NCBI GenBank assembly: GCA_964247055.1
Contig: OZ176054.1
Location: 4,340,001-4,404,000, forward strand
From: Paragordius varius
Taxonomy: Eukaryota > Animalia > Nematomorpha
Reading direction: 5' to 3'
Length of the DNA stretch: 64,000 nt
Position numbers and translations under genes: made by a program. The notes under the pieces are model-generated. The model was not told the DNA's origin and made no database searches. It saw only the letters and a program-made list of their open reading frames with translations. Each line of letters opens with the position of its first letter. Position 1 is the stretch's first letter. Positions 1 to 16,900 of this stretch are shown here, in pieces.

Positions 1-1363
1 GGAATCAGATGATCTACAGGAACCAGACTTGGGTTTAAAGTAACTCTAAAATCACCACATATGCGAATATCGTTATCATTCTTTTTAACTATCACCAATG
101 GAGTTACCCAGTCAATTCGTGTTTGCGAGGGGTTTATGGACTCTATACCAGACTTTCCAGCCTCTTTAATTCACTCTCCACCTTAGACTGAAGCGGAATA
201 GGTACCCTTCTGGCCGCAAATCTTTTGGGGATACTCCCTTTTTTGAGAAACAACTTAATGGGTGGTCCCGTGTAACACCCCATACCCTCACAAAACAAAT
301 CCTTAAATTTATTCAATTCCACGTAATTAACATTTTTTACACATACAGGCTCTGGAAATCTGCATTCAAAACTTTTCATCCATGGTAACCCAAAAATGTT
401 ACCCCAATCCTCCCTCGTAACCATACATTCCAACTGTTTGACCATACCATTCCATTTCACATCTACCATACATTGTCCCATCACCTCTACACCTTGCTGG
501 TTGAACCCAACTATTGGACCCGCGGGAGCTAAGGTCGGCCTCCCAATCTCCATCCACGTGCTCTTCCCAATCAATGATATTTGAGCTCCGGTATCGTACA
601 ACATCCTCACCCAATGGCCATTCAGACTTGCTTGCGTTCGGGCTTCATTATTATTATTGTTACCATGAAGTCTATTAACGCGCCGGCAACACCTGCCAAA
701 ATGACCACGTCCTTTGCATCGATAACACTCCTTGTTTGAAGCGGGACACCAGTTGATCGCATGCACGTATCCACATTTTCCACATTTTTTTCTTATCATC
801 ATAACCTGCCTATTGTCGGGACCCTGATCAATCAAACAGCTGTCCGCCTTTTCGTATGCCATTGCCATTTCTACCACCATCTCCAACGTAACCGGTTTCC
901 CATCAACCATTGCATCTGGAAATTTTGTGAACAGATCTATTTCCAATCTTTTGAGTTGTAACCCTCCAACAAACCCATCTCTGATTCTTAGCATTGCATC
1001 TTGCCCAAAGTTGCACCGGGCAGCACATTCCTTTACTCGAATCAAAAAATCCATCACTGATTCCGTGGCTTCCCTTCGGAGTTGCGTAAACTGGAACCTG
1101 GCTGCAAACGCATTGTATGTCGGAGCAAATATTTTTTTTCCAGCTGCTACCAAAGCATCCCAGCCCACTTCCTCTAACAGTACGGGATAAAAGAATTTCT
1201 TCAACTTTGGAATATGGGATAGACCAATGTAGGCCAATAGTAAGTTTTTTTTTGTTTCGTCATCTTCTGGAATTAATTTCACTTTTAACATTCTCTTTAT
1301 ATAATCTATGTAATCCTCGAAACTCGTTGCTGGATCATAGGGTTCTAAACTTAATTTCTCCAT
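1..1363 (-). mobile_element. Ty3/gypsy LTR retrotransposon internal region: gag - aspartic protease - start of RT; frameshifted at about 146-149 and runs off the window
   Basis: The likely ATG is at 1363 (MEKLSLEPYDP...). Gag zinc knuckles CGKCGYVH...CPA...CYRCKGRGHFGRCC and the protease motif LYDTGAQISL are present. After TAG at 143-145, a shifted frame reads [28 protein letters not shown], the conserved gypsy RT N-terminus. Confidence 0.93.
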
Positions 1364-1390
1364 GCGCGAATGTAATGACGTAAAAAAAAT

Positions 1391-1402
1391 TCGACCGCGC
1401 CA
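1391..1402 (-). promoter_or_regulatory. Primer-binding site of the gypsy element (probably tRNA-Ser)
   Basis: The minus strand reads ...ACTACA (LTR end) - TT - TGGCGCGGTCGA. It complements a tRNA 3' end CGACCGCG-CCA with a G discriminator, which resembles Ser acceptor stems (inference). Confidence 0.75.
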
Positions 1403-1404
1403 AA

Positions 1405-1669
1405 TGTAGTAAATCAAGAAACCGTAAAACAATAAGATTTATTGAGATAAAATGCAAAAACTAAACCACATACAGTTTGCGATGTTTATATACTTTTTGT
1501 GAATACAATATTTACATGTTAAGCCAAGGTAAAATAACTTGTGCAGGTTAAATACAAAATTGATACAATCGTTTAACTCATATATAAAAGGTCATCAAAA
1601 TGTATTCAAATCTAATATATAAATTGGTCTTGTCTAAGGTTAACTAACTTGATGTATTCTAATCTATCA
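1405..1669 (-). repeat. 5' LTR of the gypsy element (about 265 bp)
   Basis: The inner end (...ACTACA on minus) abuts the PBS. A TATA-like TATATAAA lies at about 1485-1492 and AATAAA at 1438-1443 on minus. The outer end TGATAG (minus, 1669) coincides with the point where MITE homology begins; this outer boundary is inferred. Confidence 0.6.
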
Positions 1670-2753
1670 GCCCTCTAATGATTTAAGTAATTATTTACAT
1701 TTTTGTGGTAAGTAATCCGTATCAAAAAATGGCAAAATTTGCCCACCTTTTTTTAAATATGATTTTTTTGGTGAAAGCTAATGCTTCTAAAATAATTTAG
1801 GTAAAAGAATATATTTCTCAAAAAATTCACTAAAATTTATTATAAACTACCTATAGAAACAAAAAAATATTTTAAAAAAATTATAATTTCTATATGTGAG
1901 CTCCGAAAGTCCCATATTTTTTCGGTCTTCTAATTCTCTTGAATAAACTCAAAAATGCCGGGATTGAGCGATAAAAATTTAAAATATATGTTGATTTGAG
2001 ATCAACTAAAAATATTTTTAAAAAATGCATACTTTTTTCAAAAAATTATTTTTTTAGCAAATTTTGTCGAAGTATACTTTAGACTGGTTCGAGGTATGAT
2101 GGAAAGGGTGCAAAAACGCTCTAAGATATTATAACAACATTTTTTCGATACATTTCGATGATGCTGAACATCTCTATCACCTCAGAATTTTGATTAAAAT
2201 ATTCCTTCTTCTTCAAATTTATGTCAAATATAAATTGTGTTTTTATAGAGATTCACAAATATTTGAAAGTAAGCGAACCTCTATATCAAAATTCTGAAGC
2301 AATAGAAATGTTCAGCATCATCAACCCCTAAGAAAAAGTGTTTTTATAATATCTAAAAGCGTTTTGATATCGTTTCCATTATGCCTAAAATAATATGGAG
2401 TACGCTTCAGCAAAATTTTTCTAAAATTAAATTTTTGTAAAAAGTATGAATTTTCTTTCTAGCATATATTTAACAATATCGATTTTTGCGTTTATTTTAT
2501 GAGAACTAACCTTTTAGAAGAGAGAAATTTGGGACTTTCGGAGATCAAATTTGAAAATTATAAATGTTAAAAATATTGTTTTGCTTTTTATGTATTTTAT
2601 AATATATTTAAGTGATATTTTTTGGAATGAAGCCTTTAGCTTTTACAAAAAATTTATTATGTGCGCAAATTTTGCTATTTTCTGATATAGAGTAATTACA
2701 ACAAAAGTGTAAGTAACTTTCTGATATCCTACTTAAGGCTAAAACCAAACGCA
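1670..2753. mobile_element. Palindromic MITE family A (about 1.2 kb, Tc1/mariner-like ends), truncated copy
   Basis: Long internal inverted arms, e.g. GAGCTCCGAAAGTCCCA at about 1898 versus TGGGACTTTCGGAGATC at about 2530. It is colinear with the copies at about 29600-30759 and 55296-56497. Confidence 0.8.
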
Positions 2754-3559
2754 CTATTCACCCGGTAATTCGTGGTGGACACTGGGGCAGATAATTTATC
2801 GATGGAAAAAATAGCGCAAAATATAGAAACAACTATTTCGTGATAATTCTGGCGTGCCTTAGAATAATTAATTAGAAAATAGTCTATCATTATTATGTAT
2901 GCGTGAAGACATTATTTTAATTGTGGTAAAATACTAAAAGAGTATGCGATTGGTTTTATCAACTAAAAAATTATAGGTACCTGATATTTTAAAAATCTAT
3001 ATTATATAATTACGTATGTTCTAATGAGTTTAAAAACTTCAATAAATGCATATTACATTGATTGTTTATTATTTGTGCTATTACATATATTTCGGCTGAA
3101 AATGATCAAAAAAATTTCCGTAAAATTTGAATTGGGTGGCTAAAAATGTTACATTCATAAGCAAATGACTTGACATAGGTGATCACCGATTTCAAGTGTA
3201 CATTTGATGTTTTAATTAAACTTGTTCCTTACCATGCTTGTACGAGTCAAATGCGACTTTTTTTATCACTCCACCCAATAAATTGGTAAACAATATATTT
3301 TTAAAAGTCGTCCGGGATAACCTTAGAAATAAACAGCTTTCCGATTTTAATCATATCATTTTTGCGGAAAAAATATCTGGGATTAATAATCCATTCCCTT
3401 TTGGGGTAGTTACATATTAAAGCGATTTGAGATTAGAATATCTAAAAAAGTCTTTAAGAATTGAGGTAAATTTAAAATATGCCTTTTTTAGCTTCTTAGG
3501 CGCACTATACACTTTTTTTAAATGTATAATTGTAAAATTCTATCTTAACACTTGGATAC

Positions 3560-4120
3560 AACACACTCATTTTAGTCCTTCGATTCAAATTGGGGTAGTT
3601 GGATACCCCAGGCCTGTTTAAAATCAAATACTTTAAAAAGTATGGAAGGAATCGAAACCATGGCAAAATTTTGCACTTATATAACATAAATAAACCTAAA
3701 TATATAAAAAAAATTATTCAAAAATATTTGATATTAAATATTTTAAGCTAAAACCGAAAGGTAAAAATTTCGTCAATGTGACATGTGTGAAATGGTAAAA
3801 TTGAAAAATAATACAAATACAACCGCTTTTTCTATTTTTCTATCAATGTTAGATGTAATTTATATTAAAATTAGATTTAGGAAGACGATATTTTACAAAA
3901 ATTTTTAAAATAAAAATGGCGTCGAAGTAGTTTGAGATGGAACTTTTTTTTCAAAACAAAATTTTATCAAGATATTTTGGCATATTTATACAATTTTTAT
4001 CAGGATAGAAGCATAAACTTAAATTGGGACCGTTTCCTTCAGTAGTTTTTTAAAAATTCTAACTTAAATTTAGTCTTGGGTATTTAGATACCCCAATTTT
4101 AATCGAAGTGTTAAACTGTT
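3560..4120. repeat. Inverted-repeat element (degenerate MITE-like)
   Basis: AAATTGGGGTAGTTGGATACCCCAGG (about 3586) is inverted relative to CTTGGGTATTTAGATACCCCAATTT (about 4075), with about 100 bp of flanking arm similarity. The outer boundaries are unclear. Confidence 0.5.
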
Positions 4121-4518
4121 TTGCAGCCATTATCTATAATTTTTTAAATCACTAATGCAACGGGCAATAAATGTATATTATGGTTAGAAAATGTAAATAA
4201 TTAACTTAAAAAGTTTTAAGGCTACATTTTTCCGCCAAAAACCTGATATATTTTATATAATCAACTGTTTGTTGAAATCGTATTTTTTAGCTCTCTCTTA
4301 AGCTCCTTTATCTTATACATGAGAACATTGTTTAATAAATAAATTTTCCCTAAATTAGCTTCAACAGTAGTTTAATTATAAAATTGAGCTCTGGGATTTA
4401 AAACTACCCCAAAAATTAACTAGTACAAAAAAACTGAAAACGTATTTAAGTGTTAAAAGTTGAGAGACAGTGAATATACCATGCATAGATAGTTTCAGGT
4501 TCAAATCATATGTGATAA

Positions 4519-10457
<5,939 letters not shown>

Positions 10458-10815
10458 AAATTATCAAACTTTTTATGTTTAAACCATAGCTTATTTTGTG
10501 CAATTATTCCGCATTTAGTTAATTTTCTATGCAACGTAATATATCCAAATGCTTTAAATTATGTGGCTTAATAAATTTATTTAATATTTTGTATATTCTT
10601 CATTTGGTAAAATTTCATTTATGTTCATTATTATTTATTATAGGTACATTCATATTTTTTGGATACTCTTAAAATAAGGATAAATTCTTCCGTTTTGGTA
10701 TTTATAACATTTTATTTTCCTCATTTTAATTTTAATGACATCAATTTTATGCTAAAGGCTTTTCGTGAAATTAGGCCAAAAAAATAGGTTGAAAAACACA
10801 TTTATTGTGTCTTTG

Positions 10816-13800
10816 ATGATTTGGCTTTTGTTTTTTTTCTTTATCCGATACCACCAATGTCTGGATTCATTTTTGGGTGGTCATTTATCTTGGGCATCCT
10901 CGTGGAATCCGTTTGAAGTAAAAACTATTTGCCAAATAATTTTAACAAAAATATATAACTTTTAAAAAATATTTTTTTACCATTAAACAAATGATACAAT
11001 AGATAAATATATGTTACCGTATGCACTGGAAAAGATCTTCCAGTTTTGCCACTTATTGTGATGATGTCACCATCAGAAATAGAAAATTGATTGGGCAAAA
11101 TGCTAACCTTACCTGTGTTACAGGTTGTAGAGGAGTTGTTGGACCTCTTTACACCCATTGTACGGATTATAGCTCAGTCAATGATTGGTCATCCGGATAT
11201 TATTGTTATCCTTATCGTTTTCCACTTTCAACCACCGATTTTGTTATCAAGTATGTTCCCGTTTTTCCCTTAAATTATCATTGCTAAAATTATTAATTTA
11301 AACACCAACTGATTGGGCGATAGATATGAGGATTGTTGTTTACGCGGACATAATAAAAGAAGCAATGGTAGATGGAAACTCACGTTAAGTGGTTCTCTTG
11401 TTAGACGTGAAGATACGGGTCGAATAAATAATGCACCGACTGCTGTGACACCACCTATCTTACGTTTCCAAATTGGTTGTAATAACACGTTTGTCTTACC
11501 TGGTACATTTTTTTTGTGCATACCTTTTCTCATTTAGAAACAAAAACTTTTTTTATTAATGTCGTTTGGTGAAAAAAAAATGTTGTTTTTGAATAAATAA
11601 AAAGTCATATTTAATAATATTATGCATAGTACATGATAAAGATGACGATCTCGTTTTTTGTCGTTTCGAACTACATGAAAGTGAATGCGGAGGCGCTTGC
11701 AATACATTACCGAGTTTACGGTTAAATCAAGTAATGAAATCGATTTGTAATTTCATGTATATAGCACACTTGTACACTTTATTACGAACCTTTGAGCGCT
11801 GAATCGAATGGCCTTTACACCATAACCATAGTTTTGGAAGATCACCCAAGGACAAATCCTAAAAAATTGTTGAGTAAAAGCACACTAATTCTTATCATTT
11901 TTCTGTATAATTCGGAAGTACCTTGTCATTACAATCCAAAATTTGTGGATACTTTATTCCCTAATAACAATGATTGCACCAGTGTATCATCTAACACTAC
12001 CTTTAATGGTAAAGTGGTTATTGATTCTAAAAACCGGGGATTAAGGTATAATTTTGTTTATGATTAAAAACAGAATTCATAATGTTGATACTATTTCACC
12101 TATTGGCTTGTCGAAGAAATCGTTGCGAAACAATTTTGGAACAACTTGGATATTAGATTATGAATGGAAACCACAGTATTATCAGAAGGGTCGAAATATA
12201 TTTTGTTATATAGCAATCAACAATGCTGGGTATATATTTAACTTCTAATTCCCCCGTATAGTCAATCTAGCCCTATTAACTGCATATTAATGTATGTGGA
12301 TAGTAGCTGTCCTATAAACATAAATAACAATAAAATCGCTCAAATAGAAGGAGCAATTAGTGGTTTAACCTTTTTTCTCACATATAGTAACATGTCTAAA
12401 TGATGGGATTGAAGCATATGCTAATGTTGACCCTGATTGGATCGGGGCAATGTATATAAAAAATGACTATAAATCGCAACATTGTCGCGTTTTCGGTATC
12501 GAAAACAAAGAAAGACCCATTTCTTTGAAGGCTAAATTTGATCAGTGCACTTTCTCGGAAGATACAGTTTACACACTATTACAAATTATAAATTATATAG
12601 ATAAATGGCATTTATAGTGCAATCATAGTTATACAGCCTAATATGAAAATTGTAACTGATATGGCTAGAGCCTATCAAATTAAATGTGTGTATGGAAAAG
12701 ATTTTGATGATAGCCGTACCGTAACTGCCGAATTGGATGTTGAGTAATACTTATATATTTCTCTTTGTAAACATTTAAAAAAGAGCCCCTTTTAAATAAA
12801 ATATATCGTTAAAGATTTTAGAAATGGTAATAGGTAGAATGTAATACTTTTCCACGAATATATCCTTTGTCAAAAATCTTCATTATTCAACATTTGTCCT
12901 TTTTATTTGAAACAATAGTTCCTTTTTTACTTTTTCATTAAAGGTGTGATAGATTTTTATCAAGGACCCATGAGAGCTTTGGGTCTCACCTGTCTAGGCA
13001 TATTCGAGATTTTGTGCGATTTCGGTCAGATTCTGACACACGCACCTGCATAGTGATCCGACGCACTATTCATTCTGTTTTCACACTATTAATTACGTTA
13101 AATATAAAATAAAAAAGTTTGCAATTTTTTTCGCTTTAAAAGACTTAAAAAATACACCCACACAAACATGACGATGATCAATAAATAATAATGTTTATAT
13201 AAATTTGGATTGTACAGTATTTGTTTTTACCCAGTCCGAATACTATGAATATTTTTGATTTAGCATGATTCAAACTACTACAATGATCACTATTGGTGGA
13301 GAGGAAGCTCAAGTTTCCATGGTAATTTTGGACGAATTCGACAAACTGATTCGCACAGCCCATATTGGGCAATTGCTTAAACTCCGCATTAGTATAAATC
13401 CAAAGGGTAAAATTATAAATTTATAGTTACTAGCTGTTTACGGTATTTTTGCCTACAATTGTCTCAGTCAAAGTAACATAGAAGATTGGGTTCATGAAAT
13501 TATAGATAGTGCTGGGTATAAATTTTATTTAAGTTTTAATTCTAACAGATGTCCGATTGAGGAGAAAATATTTGGACACTTTAAACTTAACAAAGGAACC
13601 AAAGATTTAACATCAAATTTTATTGCATTCAAATTTCCACTTTCATCTTTTGTCAAATTTCAATGCGAAGTTAAAATTTGTGTTGGATTATGCGAAGAGG
13701 TATTACAAAAAATAGTAAAATATTAGGTTGAATGTCATAATTCGCCATCTTTTGGGAAACGCAAAAAACGTGAAATACATGAAAAAGTTGTAAAAACCAT

Positions 13801-13861
13801 GCGAGTTACATACCTACTCAATTTTACGGATCCCTCTACTATCACTACGATAAACGAATAA
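10816..13861 (+). CDS. Secreted protein: signal peptide, Cys-rich N-terminal module and cuticlin-type ZP domain with a furin site; no transmembrane helix seen
   Basis: ATG 10816 begins MIWLLFFFFIRYHQC. In-frame spliced exons give ZP-N (VTCLNDGIEAY...IGAMYIK...VIQPNMKIVTDMARAYQIKCVY, about 12388-12743) and ZP-C (...IIDSAGCPIEEKIF...FIAFKFPLSSFVKFQCEVKICVGLC, about 13264-13730). These are followed by GKRKKRE and TAA at 13859-13861. Confidence 0.85.
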
Positions 13862-13912
13862 ACAATTTTGCTTGTATGAAAAAAATATATAGATATAATT
13901 TATGATTCCAAA

Positions 13913-16900
13913 TTAATCATCATCATTTTCAATAAATTTTCTCATATTGTTTAATTTGTTTTTTGTTTTAGCTTCCATTTCTTCCTCTTTCATTGGTTTA
14001 TCATCTTTTTCAGTTTTTTTAGGTGGTTTTCTTTTTAATTCTGCCTTTTTATCGGGGGCTGATGGTTTTTGTTTACTTACTTTTGGGGCGGGTGATTTAT
14101 CTTAAAAATTAAAATTTTGTATACCGTTTTTGTTTGTTTTATCGTCTTTGATCTAAACGGAACAATATATATTTTTACCATTGATTAATTAAAAAACGGA
14201 TGAAAACAAATATTTTTATTAATATATTTACTTTATTTTTTTCAGAGGTATCTTGTGGTTTCTCTAAAATTATAAATTAATTAACCTTGAGAGTCTGGGG
14301 GCCATTTTTTATTTAATTTTTTAGCTAGAATTATTATATTTATAAAATTTTACCAGGAGCAGGTTTTTCTTCCTTCTTTTTAGCTATAAAATTAAAATTA
14401 TCAAAAAAACTTTCATTTTTTGATTTTAAAGATGATTTGCTATTATCTTTTTCCGTAGGTTTACTTACATTCTTTTTATCTGTTGAAACCTCTTTATTCT
14501 TTTTGTCAGATACATTTTTAGTTTCTACATTTTTGGTTTCAATTTTTTCGGTTGGTACGACCTTTTCCTCAACCTTAATCTCTTTGTCAATATTTTTGTC
14601 CTCTATTTTTACAACAATTTTTTCCTCCTTCAATATTTTTTCTGGTTCAAGATTTATCTTAAATATTACATCAATAACTTACTCCAATACCTTTTAACCA
14701 CTCCATATTATCCGGTATTTCGATTAAAACATTATCTATAACATATTCAATAAAATTTACATATATTTGGTTGTAAATCTTCATTTATTGGCTTATAATC
14801 GGTTTTGGAAAGCAAGGGGCCCTTGGTATTTATATATTTGTTACCATATTTTCAGCCGTGGGTTGGCTTACAGGCTCGACATTTTTGATCGGCACAACAT
14901 TTTGGCTTTCCACCGCTTTTTCCACATTTAATGGTTCAATAATTTGTGAATCTACCATTTTTTCTATTTTGTCCTCCTTTTCTAACACTTTGATTTTGTT
15001 GAAAACCTTGATATCGAAGAAATATTCAAATATTATGAAATATATAATTATCCAATTCGTCAATGTAATTAAAATAGTTTTTTTGGATATGCAAATTACT
15101 TCCTCATATGTTGATTCCTGGAAGTAACTTATTGGGAATTCTTCGATACAATTCTTCTTAACCATCATAGGGGGCTCGACATGTTTCACAATTTCTCTCT
15201 AAAATGTAAATTAATTTTCTGCACTACCTGTTCTTTCAAATCTATCATCGCCTGATTTTTTTCCTTGAGAGTACGTTCATATTGTGAAACATATTCTCTT
15301 TATAATAATCATACAATATGCAATTACCTGAATTTTATTTCAAATCTTTCTTTAACGCAAACATTTGCGGCTATTCTATGCTCCTTTTGCAACATCAATG
15401 GACTACTTAGCTTTAGTACAAATTTATGTTTGATTATATTGTCATAATAATTGTAACGGTTCATTTTTCTTATGGCCCACATTTTCATTTTTTGGGGTTT
15501 ACAATAATCTAACAAGTGTGTAAATTATATATCATTCATTATACAGTATTAATTAATTACAATCATACAGAAACAAAACGAAAAAACATGAGGATAAATA
15601 TTTTTTTAGACAACCATACTTTTTTAATTTTGATCAATTTACATCTCTATAAAACAATGGGTAAAACTCAAAATAATCAGGTTTAAAAATTACAGCGGCT
15701 TTTTGAAAAAAATTGTCGTCTTTATGTTTTCATTTTTGTCTGTTATTTATATCAGGGGTGTCCAACACGAATAGCTTTGGGGGGCACATTTTTTAACTTA
15801 ATAAATCCGACGGGCCGTTAGAAATATATATGGGCATTCATAAATCTTTTATCAGATATCAAATATAAGACTGTAAAATGCAAACATAATATAACAATTT
15901 TTTCTAGTTCCTGTTAATTAGATAGATTAATTAGGAAATTGTATAATAAATATCATATTTTTTTAGATTTTGTCAGCCTATTTTTACAAATTATGGATTT
16001 CAATTTTTTGCGGGCCGCATGTTGGACACCTCTCATCTATATCTTATTATATGTCCATACCAATTAAATCATAAAAATAATTAAAATCATCTTTTTGATT
16101 CAATCCAAGCAAATCATACATATGATGAAATATTAAAGCGGTCAATGAATTCCAAACTATCTCCACCGACGTTGGGTCATATGTTTCCTAAGAATAAAAT
16201 TAAAAACTATAATTTTACTTGGGACGCGACACCAAGAGATTTTTTACGAGCGTTCAACTTTTCGATTTCGGATTGCATAACTATACCCTTGAAACCTTAG
16301 CTCAAAAAATATACTTGACGGTTAGATTCAATTTCATTCTGTATTTTCTTGTCTTCCAATAATTTCCACCTTTCAATTAGTTTTTTATATATATTGAATT
16401 AATCCAAATCTAGTTGCATGCATATTAACAACTTTAATTTTTACCAATAATATAATTGGCTTGCCTTATCCTAATCCAATTAATTTAAAATTTTGCCCAA
16501 AAACTTTCAAAAAATAGGACGTGACGTTATTGCTTTATTTTTTTGACCAACGAGACTTTAAAAACTTTTTTTTACCTTGGATCAGTTTCATTCAATTTCT
16601 TGACATATTGTATGGCTAAATTTTGATAATATAATAATTTTAAGTTTGCTGAGAATTCCATTAAGGCATCGGGACAGTTTGGCCAATTTTTATCGAGCAC
16701 TAATATTAACGGTGTATTTTACAGTTTTTTGGTAACATTTTAACCATCTTTTGCAAGAACCGCCTTGTCACGATTTTTTTGAATGTTTTCGCTTCGAGGC
16801 TTTCATTTTTGTGACGATGATCTATAAAACCCTTTATAAACTTTCTAATCGCTAGTGTAGCCTTTTTTAATTTTTTTCTTTTTTTGATGGCCAAAAATCT

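Noticed and set aside
140-150. Possible programmed ribosomal frameshift in the gypsy element
   Set aside because: The shift falls inside the start of RT, after the protease, with no slippery heptamer. It looks like a small deletion in the LGIIE motif, i.e. a decayed copy.
10857-10915. Alternative signal peptide MSGFIFGWSFILGILVES for the ZP gene
   Set aside because: The overlapping frame from 10816 carries both a hydrophobic leader and the FLGGHLSW motif, and splices in phase to the next exon.
14437-15127. Plus-strand Ser/Phe/Leu-rich ORFs (also 396-1383 and 25361-25576)
   Set aside because: They are antisense shadows of real minus-strand coding sequence.
16399-16401. Apparent in-frame TAA in the myosin neck-tail region, suggesting stop-codon reassignment or readthrough
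   Set aside because: A single intron 16575-16370 (acceptor ...GAAAG|G TGG) gives DPRWKLL in frame and aligns with Myo1C. TAA and TGA serve as normal stops in the other genes.
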